The notes below the pieces were generated by a model. That model had not been told where the DNA came from. It worked only from the letters and a program-made list of their open reading frames with translations, and ran no database searches. A program made the translations under genes and the position numbers. Positions 46,535 to 56,436 of a stretch of DNA of 64,000 nt are shown here, piece by piece. Source of the stretch: a virus; IMG/VR virus record IMGVR_UViG_3300009506_000022, positions 34,007 through 98,006 of that record; one strand, 5' to 3'. How positions within the stretch are numbered: position 1 is the first letter of the stretch; every line of letters begins with the position of its first letter.

Positions 46535-47436
46535 TGATCAAAAGTGAAAAATATATCGCTGTTGTTGCAAACACCGATGATCCAGAAAAGAGATTTCGTA
46601 TAAAAGTAAAATGTGCGGCTCTTTTAGGAAGCGAAGATGTTGTATTGAATCGATGGGTCAACCCAGCATTTGGTTGGGGAATGGTTTTGGTTCCAAATGT
46701 AAACGAGCAAGTCGAAATTGAAGTGTATTCTGGAAGCGATAAAGACGAAGTTGAAGGACAATCTTTTCTTGAGAACCCAGATATTCGCTGGAAAGGAATT
46801 CGTTACCAAGGTCCTAATGCGTATGAGTCAATGTTTACCGAAACAAACTATGGTAAGCGCCGCGGGTTTGTAACGCCAGCTGGCCATCTTTTGATGTTTG
46901 ATGACACCGATGGATCCGAGAAAATTAATTTGGTTTGGCATAACTCAGAAGATGGTTACGCGATGTTTTCGATGAACGAAGATGGTTCAATTGTTCTTGC
47001 AAACAAAAATGGATCAATGCTTTATTTGAATGCTGCAAATCAAGAACTGGCGTTGATCGATGAGCATGGAAACTCGATTTCTAGCGCGTCAACTGGCATC
47101 AAGATCATCGATGCGACAGGAAATATCATTGAGTTGAAAAGTGGAGCTATTCAAGTTCTTGGACAAAGTGGTGTAACTATTTCGTGCAAAGATGCTGTTT
47201 TGGATGCTGGCAAAGTTCAGATCGGAGGGCAACCAGCTGTTGAAGCTTTGATGAAAGGAACCTCTTTTATGGCCGCTCATAATGTTTGGGTGGCTGCGAT
47301 AACTGCAGTTGTTGCGGCTTTGGTTGTTCCAACTGGAATTGATGCTGGTAGCAAGACAACCTTTGCGACTGCTTCAGCGACATATCAGGCAGCTTTAGCG
47401 GCTGTTCTAAGCACACAAGGATTTGTAAAAGCGTAA
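46534..47436 (+). CDS. baseplate central spike (gpV/gp5-like)
   Basis: VV..DDPEKR.RIKV, P.V.EQV.IE, TPAGH.L.FDD..G.EKI; beta-helix repeats. Confidence 0.85.
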   Translation: MIKSEKYIAVVANTDDPEKRFRIKVKCAALLGSEDVVLNRWVNPAFGWGMVLVPNVNEQVEIEVYSGSDKDEVEGQSFLENPDIRWKGIRYQGPNAYESMFTETNYGKRRGFVTPAGHLLMFDDTDGSEKINLVWHNSEDGYAMFSMNEDGSIVLANKNGSMLYLNAANQELALIDEHGNSISSASTGIKIIDATGNIIELKSGAIQVLGQSGVTISCKDAVLDAGKVQIGGQPAVEALMKGTSFMAAHNVWVAAITAVVAALVVPTGIDAGSKTTFATASATYQAALAAVLSTQGFVKA

Positions 47437-47672
47437 TGGCGAGCAAATGCACATTTCCATCCGTTTCTGGATTGTTGTTACCAGTCCCAATTCCACCTGG
47501 AGTTCCAGCGGTTCCTGGTTTACCGCTGAACCCAAGTGTACCAACACTTGATGTTGCTATTCAATCTCCTTCGCTTTCGTCTCCATCGTTACCAGTCCCA
47601 ATTCCACCTGGAGTTCCAGCGGTTCCTGGAGTTCCAGCGGTTGCGTTGGTCCCACCCTGTCCATTGGATTGA
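47436..47672 (+). CDS. small Pro-rich protein with terminal cysteines
   Basis: TAATG coupling; contains an exact 42-bp direct repeat. Confidence 0.6.
   Translation: MASKCTFPSVSGLLLPVPIPPGVPAVPGLPLNPSVPTLDVAIQSPSLSSPSLPVPIPPGVPAVPGVPAVALVPPCPLD
47477..47629 (+). repeat. 42-bp exact direct repeat
   Basis: GTTACCAGTCCCAATTCCACCTGGAGTTCCAGCGGTTCCTGG at 47477-47518 and 47588-47629. Confidence 0.9.
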
Positions 47673-47674
47673 TT

Positions 47675-48055
47675 ATGCCTAAAGGAATAAAAGTACCAGT
47701 ACAAGTCGATAAATCTGGACGAATCGCGATGATTGAAGGCGATGCGTTGAATAGACAGTTGATTGCGCTTTCTTTGGCTGATGATGAAAACGAAAACGCT
47801 TTTCAACAGCAAATCGGACTTGGCGAATCTATGATTTTTGAGAACGACACGTCTTCTTCGAGAGCAAAAATCCTCAGAATTCTTTATTCTATTTTCTTGG
47901 ATTTTGAATCAAGAAAGATCTTTAGACTCGTAAGAGAAACAATAGAATGGTCTAAAGATCCTGAAAATGGAGATTTGATTCTATCGTTTTATTACATCGA
48001 CCTTGAAAGCGACCAACCTCAGTTTTTCCAGAAAGCTTTTACAACAAGGATTTGA
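47675..48055 (+). CDS. baseplate wedge protein (gp25-like)
   Basis: GIKVP....G, size and position before baseplate J. Confidence 0.65.
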   Translation: MPKGIKVPVQVDKSGRIAMIEGDALNRQLIALSLADDENENAFQQQIGLGESMIFENDTSSSRAKILRILYSIFLDFESRKIFRLVRETIEWSKDPENGDLILSFYYIDLESDQPQFFQKAFTTRI

Positions 48056-48056
48056 T

Positions 48057-50237
48057 ATGGCTACTGTAGAGATTCCATCATTTGATTTTACGGCTTTTTA
48101 TTACGGCCAGATTCTTGAAGCGCTGATTGCTTTCAAGAGAACATATGTTCCAGAACATACAGATGAATCGCCTCAAGATCCTTTTATTCAGTTACTTAGA
48201 GCAATTTCATGTGTTGGACACCTAAATAATACGAACGTTGATATCTTGGCAAATGAAAATACATTGAGAACAGCACAGTTGCCAGAAACGATCCGAGATA
48301 TGTTGACGCTTATCGATTATCGTTTGTCTTCAGCTTCTCCAGCGGAAGCAGAAGTCGTTTTCAAACTTGTTGGTGCGCTAACAGCTGATTCGAATGTTAT
48401 CTATAATGGTTCTCAAGTTTCCACTCGAGCAAGCGCAACGGAAACATCAAAGACTTTTGAAGCAACTGAGGTTCTTACTGTTGAACGAAGCGATGATGAA
48501 CACATCTCTCATGTGTTTGCTTACGATGAAAGCACGGATACTTATACTGACTATACAACAGAGGCGAACGCAGCTGTTACGACATTTACACCATGGGCTA
48601 GTCCTGCCGCAAAAGACTGTTTATATATTGGTCATAGCGGTGTTTTATGGGATCTTTTGAATGTCTTGCTGAATACGGCTGGAGCAAACATAAACGGAGT
48701 ATGGGAAGTCTACGATGGAAACTTTCTTGATTCGAAGCCTGATTCTGTAGAAAGAATAAGTTCGACGCTTCGATTTGTTGTGAACGATCTTCTTGGCACA
48801 AGCGATAGACAAGGTGCAACGGTTAGGGTTCAATTGGATCGCACTGGTTCATATGAAGAGGTTGAATCGCAGTGGGGAGATCTTGGAAGCGGAAATGTCA
48901 ACTATATTGTGACATCCACTTTGCTTGGACAAACGATTTCTGAAGCGGATGCAACATCTTTATCTGATTACACTGTTGGGAGAGAATGGAAAGAGGTTCC
49001 TGATTTATCTGATGGAACAAGCGATCTAACATCTTCTGGAGATGTTGAATTTTCTTTGCCAGAGGATCTTACTCATGAGTGGAATACTGGAGATGTAAAC
49101 AGCGAAACTGCTTATTGGCTAAGATATCGTATTGTTTCTGTGAGTACCCCAACAGCTCCTATTTTTGAAAAGCTCAGAATCGATACTAGAAACCAATATG
49201 TAAAAGCCACTGTGGTTCAAGGGACAACTCAGAACGATGCAAATCTTGGAACGGCTGATGGCATTACTGCAGATCAAGAGTTTCAATCAACAAAGGATGG
49301 ATTCATTGATGAAAGTGATACGGTAACGGTTGCCAGCGTAGAGTGGTCGCGTGTTGAAAACTTTTTGCAAAGTACGGCTACTGATAGACATTACGTCGTT
49401 CGACTTGGCGAGAATGATCGTGCCACATTTGTTTTTGGAAATGGCATCGCTGGAGCGATCCCAACAGGACAGGTTGATGCTGTTTATCGATATGGAGTCA
49501 CCGAAGATGGAAACGTTGGTGCGAACACGATTGTTGTGGATAAATCAGGACTTGCTTTAGTCAATACTCTTTACAATCCACGCGCTGCTGTGGGATGGCA
49601 ACAAGCGCAAAGCGCATCCACTGAATCTCTTGAGCAAGCAAAGGTCCTTGGACCAGCATCTCTCAGGACTGGAGAAGTCGCGCTTAATCCAGAGGGAATT
49701 GAAACCCTTGCGTTATTATATACTGATCCAATTACAGGGATAAAACCGTTTTCTCGCGCAAGAGCTGTTGAAGAATCATTTGGGCCAAAAACAGTAGAAT
49801 TGATAATCGTTGCTGCTGGTGGTGGAGCTGCTTCATCCACATTACTTTCTGAGCTTGATGAATATTTCAATGGTAATCGATACACGAGTCCACCAGTTAG
49901 AAAGAAGTTGGTTGCGAATCAAGAGTTGACATCTACAAACTACACCCCAAAGACGGTAAATATCAGTGCAACGGTTTATGACGCAACAAGTATTTCAGCA
50001 ATTGAAGATTCGTTAGCAGCGCTTCTTCAACCAGAAACCCGTCAAGAAGATGGTGTTTCCTTTGAATGGGAATTTGGAGGTGACGTTTTTCTTTCAAGAA
50101 TTACTCATGAAATATTTGCTGCGGATAACAACGTTTCAAGAGTTGAGGACTTATTGATAAACGGAGTCGATTCAAACCTTTCTTTGGGAGATAGAGAACT
50201 TCCAGTGTCTGGAACCATTACGATTACAGCGGGATAA
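48057..50237 (+). CDS. baseplate J-like protein
   Basis: DFT..YY..I..AL, TDESP.DP.IQL, D..ANE..L.TA, FGNG..G.IP, GNVGANTI, ES.E.AK. Confidence 0.85.
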   Translation: MATVEIPSFDFTAFYYGQILEALIAFKRTYVPEHTDESPQDPFIQLLRAISCVGHLNNTNVDILANENTLRTAQLPETIRDMLTLIDYRLSSASPAEAEVVFKLVGALTADSNVIYNGSQVSTRASATETSKTFEATEVLTVERSDDEHISHVFAYDESTDTYTDYTTEANAAVTTFTPWASPAAKDCLYIGHSGVLWDLLNVLLNTAGANINGVWEVYDGNFLDSKPDSVERISSTLRFVVNDLLGTSDRQGATVRVQLDRTGSYEEVESQWGDLGSGNVNYIVTSTLLGQTISEADATSLSDYTVGREWKEVPDLSDGTSDLTSSGDVEFSLPEDLTHEWNTGDVNSETAYWLRYRIVSVSTPTAPIFEKLRIDTRNQYVKATVVQGTTQNDANLGTADGITADQEFQSTKDGFIDESDTVTVASVEWSRVENFLQSTATDRHYVVRLGENDRATFVFGNGIAGAIPTGQVDAVYRYGVTEDGNVGANTIVVDKSGLALVNTLYNPRAAVGWQQAQSASTESLEQAKVLGPASLRTGEVALNPEGIETLALLYTDPITGIKPFSRARAVEESFGPKTVELIIVAAGGGAASSTLLSELDEYFNGNRYTSPPVRKKLVANQELTSTNYTPKTVNISATVYDATSISAIEDSLAALLQPETRQEDGVSFEWEFGGDVFLSRITHEIFAADNNVSRVEDLLINGVDSNLSLGDRELPVSGTITITAG

Positions 50238-50238
50238 T

Positions 50239-51426
50239 ATGACTGTTCCAACCCAGATATACAATTTCCTTCTTCGTTCGATTCGAGATTTGGATCAAAA
50301 AGAAGGCTATCAGTTTCTCGAGCGTTTTCTTATGGGACCGCAAAGTATCTGGGAAACAATAGATGCTGCGTTGAATTCTGTTCCAAACTTGTGGTCTATC
50401 ACTGATTGTCCAGACGAATATTTAGAGTATCTAAAATGGATTGTCGGTTGGACATCCGAGTTGGAAGAAGTCACTTATGGGTTGAGTTATGACGAGCTTC
50501 GTAGACTAATTGCTATTTCCGGTAGGCTTTGGAAGCTTAGAGGAACAGAGGATACGATAATAGATGTTTTGAAGTTTGCCACTGGTGCAAGATGTAGATA
50601 TTGGAATTGGTTTGATTACAGATGGATTGTCGATGAAACGATTCTTAGCGAAGAACATGATGGTCACGATCCTTGGATGATAGAGCTTCCAGATCCAGCG
50701 GTTGCTGGTTCTGAGTATGTTTCGTCGCTTCGTATTGTTGATAACGGATCTCTAAATAAAGAGTTGGTTGTCAATCTCATGAAGTTGATGAGAGCTACTG
50801 GCGAGCGATGGGAAATCCTTTATCTTGGGTTTTTAGATCAGTTCATTATCGATAATGATACGACACAATGGGATGTACCAACTCAAACTGGAACGAACGT
50901 TTTTCAGGTTGCAGATGGAAAAATGAGGTTTGGCGTAACTGCAACTGGCAGCGAATCGACAGAAGCAATTGTTTCGTGGGCAAGTTGGGATGAAATGGTT
51001 CTTGGCGCTCGCGTTAGATGTTTTCCTCTTGGAACATCGATGACTTTTCAGATTAGGTTTCATTATATTGATTCTAATAACTATTATGCTTTAGAGGTTT
51101 GGCCATCATCACATAGTTCTGGACCAATGTTTTGGCTATACAAAGTGTCAAGTGGTGCGCCAGTTCCTCTGACTGCTGCGGCTTCAAGTGTGCCTATATA
51201 TGATGAAGTTTGGTACTATTTTCGAATCAGTATTGTAGATGTCGGTTCAAATAAAGAAATCAAGATTTATATGGATGCTGTTGAGGTAATGAATGCAACC
51301 GATTCATCATCGCCGTTTCAAGATGGGAATATCGGGTTGCAATCAGTAAATGGAGAAATTGAAGTTGATGAAGTAGAGCTTTTTGAGCTTCCAGCAGAAA
51401 GCGATTATATCGACATAAATTCGTAG
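50239..51426 (+). CDS. baseplate wedge / tail protein I-like with C-terminal lectin-like beta domain
   Basis: CPDEYL.YL.W.VGW...RRLI.....LWK.RGT. Confidence 0.75.
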   Translation: MTVPTQIYNFLLRSIRDLDQKEGYQFLERFLMGPQSIWETIDAALNSVPNLWSITDCPDEYLEYLKWIVGWTSELEEVTYGLSYDELRRLIAISGRLWKLRGTEDTIIDVLKFATGARCRYWNWFDYRWIVDETILSEEHDGHDPWMIELPDPAVAGSEYVSSLRIVDNGSLNKELVVNLMKLMRATGERWEILYLGFLDQFIIDNDTTQWDVPTQTGTNVFQVADGKMRFGVTATGSESTEAIVSWASWDEMVLGARVRCFPLGTSMTFQIRFHYIDSNNYYALEVWPSSHSSGPMFWLYKVSSGAPVPLTAAASSVPIYDEVWYYFRISIVDVGSNKEIKIYMDAVEVMNATDSSSPFQDGNIGLQSVNGEIEVDEVELFELPAESDYIDINS

Positions 51427-51435
51427 GAGTGAACC

Positions 51436-54342
51436 ATGGGACTTACAGGCGATCAGTACGTAGGCATTACAGATAAAAGAATCCTTGGTTATGAGGATTT
51501 TGGTGATTATTTTTTGGGATATTTGCGTGTATCAATCGAGTATATTTTAGCAAAGATTTTCACGAAAAGTGGAACCTTTGGTTCTTCAAAACTTGGTCTT
51601 GATAGCGCAACAAATGACACCTTTCATTTATTGGATGATGGCGAAGGTGTTAGTTCTGAAGGCCATTTGTTTGCGTATTACGAATCACTTACAGAATATA
51701 TTTTCGAGAACCAAAATGGGCAAACCTATGATGTCGGGTTTGCTTATAGCGAATATCCAGTTGCGCTTGCGATCAATCCAAGAACTGGCTATCCAGAGTT
51801 CACTAGATATGAGGAATATTGTGGTGGCGAGGCAACAGCACCTGGAGCTGCTGTAGTCGATAACGGCTCGAATCTTACGATTGTTGTGAATGGAACCGTT
51901 GAACCTGGGGTGGATAACTCAGGAAGGGAAGTTCGTGTTTGGAAAAACGTTCCTGGTCCAAATGCAACAAGCATGAGTATTGCTGTTGAAACTTGTACAG
52001 TTCAGTGGGGAGACCTTGGAAGCGGAAATGTCAACTACGTGGTAACAACCGCAAAATTTGGCCAAGACACTGTTGAGGCAAATCCAGGCGAATATTCTTG
52101 TCAACTTCTTGGGCCATATGTTTCTCGTGATTCATCGCTTACCGATAGTGGTTATTGGTTTATTGGACAGATTACAGGAAATGGTCCTTCGGCTACACCG
52201 ACAGGTTTTGATCTTACTGATCAGCAGATTATTCCTTTTTCTCTTTCTGAATCTCAAGAAGCCGCAAACATTCTTGCTGATGACGCCAACTTTCATCCAG
52301 CTTCAGCTGATGATAGCGATTCTGGTGGAATCGGAACACCATATACGATTTTGCAGGATGTCCTTGATGCAATCGATGAAGCTTTAGTTAGAAGAAGAAC
52401 CTTTGTAACTCTTGCTGATAATAGCCAAAGAACTATTGGTGATTATATTGGCGCGAATGCAATAGATGAGATAAATACAATTGGAAACGGTGGGACCTAT
52501 TTTGTTTTGGAAGCAGCAGCATCTTTTGAGATTAGTGTCGGAGGTTCTATTGGCTCAAGCGCTGAAGATCCTGAAGTTTTGGGTGAAGCCGCAACTGGTG
52601 GCCATGAGGGATATGCCTCTATTTATCTCAAAAATGGCGGTTCGGTTGATGCCAAACTTCAAGGCTCATTCAAAAGACTTCATTTTTATAGCGGAGATTT
52701 CAACAACTTCCTTCAGATAGGATATGATGGAACCCGTGGCGAATGCTTCTTTGATCAATGTGGGTTTAGAAGTGGCCACGCCATCTTTCGCGGTTTTGCT
52801 GGAGACACGAGACCAATAGTTATCAGAAACTGTGAGTTTGCGCCAGATTCTGTCGGAAACCAGGGACCTGGTGTTGCCGTTTTTGATATGCTTCAATCGC
52901 TTGGCGAATATCCCTTCATCATTTTAGAGAACTGTGTTATTCGCGGTCCATATAGTGGAGCAAGTAGTCAAGTTGCTGTTTTGAGAATCAAAGATATGGG
53001 CGATCCGGCAGATATGGCAAACCCTCAAAACGCAGACAGTCGCCTTATTCTTTTTAGAAATTGCCATATCATCCATGAAGAGGTTGTTGGGATCCCTACA
53101 GTTTATTTGGATTCAAACTCGAGACAGATAGTTGCTTTTGAAAACTGCAAAATAAAAGGAATGACTGGACAAACGCAACCAGTGTTCGTTTCGAATAGCG
53201 ATAACAGGGTGTATATGAAAAACGTTGAGATCGAAGCGATCTCTGGCCAAGCACTTCAGTTGGACGAAACAAACGGCGTTCTTGAGGATGTTACGATTTA
53301 TTCTGGAAGCGATACAACGGTTAGTGATCCTCAGTTGGTTGGAATCATATCTAACAACAATGAAGGAATGACAATCAGAAATATGTCTATCTTTGTTGGC
53401 GAAAGCTCTATGCGTCAAGGTTCATCGCCAAGCTATCCCGTGATTGAGATCGGAAAACGTTTAGATTTTTATACTGGTTCAACTGTAAACGTTGATGGTT
53501 TATATATAAAACCAATTGGAGATATGCATGACAACTCTCTTCTTAGGCTTTATGGGAGAGGAAACGTTTCAAATTTTAGAAATATTGACATCGATTTTTC
53601 GCAAGCCACTTTAGGCGATGGTTCTTCTGCTGAAGCAAGCGTGATTGAGGTTGAAGGCGACAGCAGTTATGAAACAAAGGTTTCCTTAGATAACCTTTCT
53701 GTAGGCGGAATAGGGGAGCCAGATAGCAGCAGCTCTGCCTATGATTTTCTTCGACTCACCAGAGTAAAGGCGAAGAATATTCGATTGCGAAAAGAGTCTG
53801 GAACAACATATGGTTGGGCGAACATAATCAATTGTACAACCCCTTGTCACCTTCAAGATATCACGCTTGAAAACAACGCCTCATATGCTTGGGATATAAC
53901 AGGTAGTGTCATTGTTATTCCTGGCGGATTTATAGACAAAGTAAATTTTGACGATTTCTTTGTTTCTGGCGGTAGCAACTATATTTCTGCTGCTGGTCCT
54001 ATATCGATTTCGAACATTTTTGCAACTGGCGGATTCAATACGAACTTTGCATTTATCTACGTGAATGGCGATGAGTTTTCGATTCGAGATTGCATTATGT
54101 CGACAACATCTACAATAACTACCGCGATCCTCAATTTGTCTGGAGCGCGTGGAACTGTGATCGGAAACAAGCTTAGAATGGCGGCAAGTGGTTCTATCGC
54201 GTGGATCCTTGGCGATGCGAGCGCCGATGAAGTTTTGGCTGTTGGCAACGTATTGAAGAGCACGAATTCAACGACTCCAATAATCGATTTGAGTTCTGGA
54301 ACAGATACGTTGGCGGCAAATAATATTCTTGCAAACACATAG
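51436..54342 (+). CDS. tail fibre / tailspike with right-handed beta-helix region
   Basis: 968 aa; repeated I.F.NC.I / ENC.I parallel beta-helix turns; last gene of the tail module. Confidence 0.75.
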   Translation: MGLTGDQYVGITDKRILGYEDFGDYFLGYLRVSIEYILAKIFTKSGTFGSSKLGLDSATNDTFHLLDDGEGVSSEGHLFAYYESLTEYIFENQNGQTYDVGFAYSEYPVALAINPRTGYPEFTRYEEYCGGEATAPGAAVVDNGSNLTIVVNGTVEPGVDNSGREVRVWKNVPGPNATSMSIAVETCTVQWGDLGSGNVNYVVTTAKFGQDTVEANPGEYSCQLLGPYVSRDSSLTDSGYWFIGQITGNGPSATPTGFDLTDQQIIPFSLSESQEAANILADDANFHPASADDSDSGGIGTPYTILQDVLDAIDEALVRRRTFVTLADNSQRTIGDYIGANAIDEINTIGNGGTYFVLEAAASFEISVGGSIGSSAEDPEVLGEAATGGHEGYASIYLKNGGSVDAKLQGSFKRLHFYSGDFNNFLQIGYDGTRGECFFDQCGFRSGHAIFRGFAGDTRPIVIRNCEFAPDSVGNQGPGVAVFDMLQSLGEYPFIILENCVIRGPYSGASSQVAVLRIKDMGDPADMANPQNADSRLILFRNCHIIHEEVVGIPTVYLDSNSRQIVAFENCKIKGMTGQTQPVFVSNSDNRVYMKNVEIEAISGQALQLDETNGVLEDVTIYSGSDTTVSDPQLVGIISNNNEGMTIRNMSIFVGESSMRQGSSPSYPVIEIGKRLDFYTGSTVNVDGLYIKPIGDMHDNSLLRLYGRGNVSNFRNIDIDFSQATLGDGSSAEASVIEVEGDSSYETKVSLDNLSVGGIGEPDSSSSAYDFLRLTRVKAKNIRLRKESGTTYGWANIINCTTPCHLQDITLENNASYAWDITGSVIVIPGGFIDKVNFDDFFVSGGSNYISAAGPISISNIFATGGFNTNFAFIYVNGDEFSIRDCIMSTTSTITTAILNLSGARGTVIGNKLRMAASGSIAWILGDASADEVLAVGNVLKSTNSTTPIIDLSSGTDTLAANNILANT

Positions 54343-54351
54343 GAGTAGTAA

Positions 54352-55026
54352 ATGAAGTTGTTGAAACTGGGTTGTAAAGGGCCTGCAACGAAAGAGTTGC
54401 AGGAAAAACTAACACCAAAATATTATAGGGGTAAGCTTGATGGCGATTTTGGACCGATGACACAAGCTGCTGTTAGAGTTTTTCAGACAGATTTTTTCGT
54501 CAACGGAGAAGTTGATGAAGGAACAGCAAAAGCTCTTGATAGCGTTGAGAAAGAACTGAAGTCAGAGCTTTCGGTTGTTCCGATTCCCTCTGATCGGGAA
54601 CAGTTGGTTAGAGTTTTTGGCAAGATCGATTTTGTAAACCTGGATGGTGGTCGCATTCGGATCACGAACAATTGGGCAAAGAGAAATGTGGTAAAAGCGC
54701 ATCTTCCAATTGTTGGCTATCGCTGGGTTCATAAGAAGTTGGTCGAACATTTTGCGGCTGCTTTGCGCTATATCGAAGCTGAAGGTTTTGCTGGAGAAAT
54801 CACGCAGTTTGGGACATGGGCGCCACGTCACATCCTTCACAATTCAAAGAAACCTCTTTCGTTGCATTCATGGGGAATTGCATGTGATATCAATTGGCAC
54901 GAAAATCATTATGGCGACGAAAGCAACCTCCATCCTGTTATCATAGAAGGATTCAAGAAGTTTGGGTTCACATGGGGTGGAGATTGGAGGAAAAAGGATC
55001 CGATGCACTTCCAGTACTATAAATAA
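54352..55026 (+). CDS. endolysin: peptidoglycan-binding domain + M15 peptidase
   Basis: LKLG.KG...KELQ..L...DGDFGP.T.AAVR.FQ; S.HSWG.A.DIN...WGGDW..KDPMHF. Confidence 0.9.
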   Translation: MKLLKLGCKGPATKELQEKLTPKYYRGKLDGDFGPMTQAAVRVFQTDFFVNGEVDEGTAKALDSVEKELKSELSVVPIPSDREQLVRVFGKIDFVNLDGGRIRITNNWAKRNVVKAHLPIVGYRWVHKKLVEHFAAALRYIEAEGFAGEITQFGTWAPRHILHNSKKPLSLHSWGIACDINWHENHYGDESNLHPVIIEGFKKFGFTWGGDWRKKDPMHFQYYK

Positions 55027-55060
55027 TACTGCTGCTTTGCTCACATATAGTTGTGTTTTC

Positions 55061-55103
55061 CTTGCAATACTTCTATTGCAAGATGAGTTATGTTGAGTAT
55101 ACT
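55061..55103 (+). promoter_or_regulatory. promoter with overlapping inverted repeat
   Basis: CTTGCAATA-N4-TATTGCAAG overlaps TTGCAA-N16-TATACT. Confidence 0.55.
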
Positions 55104-55120
55104 ATTTATAGGAGTTGGCC

Positions 55121-55306
55121 ATGTTCAAGTTGTTTTCTAATCTTTGGAAAAAGCTTACCGCTGCTTTTGACCGTAGAGACAAAAGGCAAAAAGAGGCGAA
55201 GGAAGCTGCAAAAAAAACCAGGAAAGAGATTGATGAAATCGAAAACACGAGACGAATCAATCTAGGGAAAGCTAGAAACAATGCGTTGAAAGATCGGAGG
55301 AACTAA
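55121..55306 (+). CDS. small lysis-region protein
   Basis: GGAG SD; amphipathic N-terminus, charged coiled coil. Confidence 0.55.
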   Translation: MFKLFSNLWKKLTAAFDRRDKRQKEAKEAAKKTRKEIDEIENTRRINLGKARNNALKDRRN

Positions 55307-55701
55307 TGGTGATACAGCTGTTTTCGTTACTATTGGTTTTTCAGTTCACAGCAGCAACGGTCCCACAACTTTCAGAGAGCGATTATTTATTGTTGAGAGA
55401 GGGAGATGTCGCTCCGTTTAGCGGTGTTTTGCTTTTGGATGACGACTATCGCGAACTGAAAATAAAAGAGAGCGAACTGCTTCTAGCGCAGAAAGATCTC
55501 GAGATTGCAAAAAAACGCTTCGAAGCAAGCGAAAAAAGCTATCTAGAGATGAAAGAGGTTGCGGAGGAATGCGCAGCAAACCTTGATAAAATAAACAAAG
55601 AATCGCCAGCTTGGTACGAGAGTGTTGAGTTTTGGATCGGCGCTGTTGTTGGAGCTGGATTGGCAATAGCAACAGCCTACTCTGTAAACGAATTGAAGTG
55701 A
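55306..55701 (+). CDS. membrane protein, spanin-like candidate
   Basis: N-terminal signal, L.EG..APFSGVLL, coiled coil, C-terminal TM helix. Confidence 0.55.
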   Translation: MVIQLFSLLLVFQFTAATVPQLSESDYLLLREGDVAPFSGVLLLDDDYRELKIKESELLLAQKDLEIAKKRFEASEKSYLEMKEVAEECAANLDKINKESPAWYESVEFWIGAVVGAGLAIATAYSVNELK

Positions 55702-55708
55702 GGATTTT

Positions 55709-56224
55709 ATGGGTGAAAATTGCAATGTCGAAAACATAGAAAATGTCGTTAATACTTCAGTTCGACCGCCAGGGGAAAAAATAAGAATGTTTCAGTCAGA
55801 TGGAACGGGAATGAGGGTAACAATGGGTTGGAAAGGGTGGGGAACCCTTCTCATTGCTTTACTTGCTGGTGGAGGTGGCGTCACAGGATTTAGTGTGGTC
55901 ACTGGTGGAGAGCTCGACGAGAAGATTTCCAAAAGCGAACAGAAGCAAACCGAGCGTGTTGAAGAGGTCAAAAAAGAAGTCGAGAAGAACCGTGAATCAA
56001 TCAACGATCTCAACGCGACTGTAAAGAGCGTCCAGGAAGTGCAACACATAGATGTCGCACATAGAGAAGCGCGCCGTGTTGTTGAAGAACAGATGACATG
56101 CAACTTAAGCCAAAAATCTTGTAGAATGAAACGAACCGAGAAGATCGAACGACTTCGACGGATCAACATGAAACGGCTCAAAGATAAACGTGAGACGTGT
56201 GATCAACTCGACTGTTATGATTGA
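55709..56224 (+). CDS. single-TM coiled-coil protein (holin/spanin-like candidate)
   Basis: GWGTLLIALLAGGGGVTGF TM segment followed by coiled coil. Confidence 0.5.
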   Translation: MGENCNVENIENVVNTSVRPPGEKIRMFQSDGTGMRVTMGWKGWGTLLIALLAGGGGVTGFSVVTGGELDEKISKSEQKQTERVEEVKKEVEKNRESINDLNATVKSVQEVQHIDVAHREARRVVEEQMTCNLSQKSCRMKRTEKIERLRRINMKRLKDKRETCDQLDCYD

Positions 56225-56292
56225 GCTGTCTTTTTATTTGCAAATTGATGAAAAGCGATCCAATATAAAATGTGAACAGCGGAATGTCGCGC

Positions 56293-56334
56293 AAACAGCT
56301 ATCAATGGTTCAAACTGTTGATAGCTGTTTTTTT
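56293..56334 (+). terminator. Rho-independent terminator
   Basis: AAACAGCTATCAATGG / CTGTTGATAGCTGTTT plus T-tract. Confidence 0.75.
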
Positions 56335-56359
56335 GCAATTGAAGTGTTGCTTTTCATCA

Positions 56360-56393
56360 TGTGTTGTCTGCTGTAGGCAACACACCTTTTTTT
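56360..56393 (+). terminator. second tandem terminator
   Basis: TGTGTTGTCT / AGGCAACACA plus T7 tract. Confidence 0.65.
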
Positions 56394-56436
56394 GGCAACT
56401 ATTTGCATTCGCGATTTTCTACTCTAAATTAGGAAA

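Noticed and set aside
48870-52037. Diversity-generating retroelement TR/VR pair
   Set aside because: The repeat is only 35 bp, the mismatch is not adenine-specific, and no reverse transcriptase is in the window
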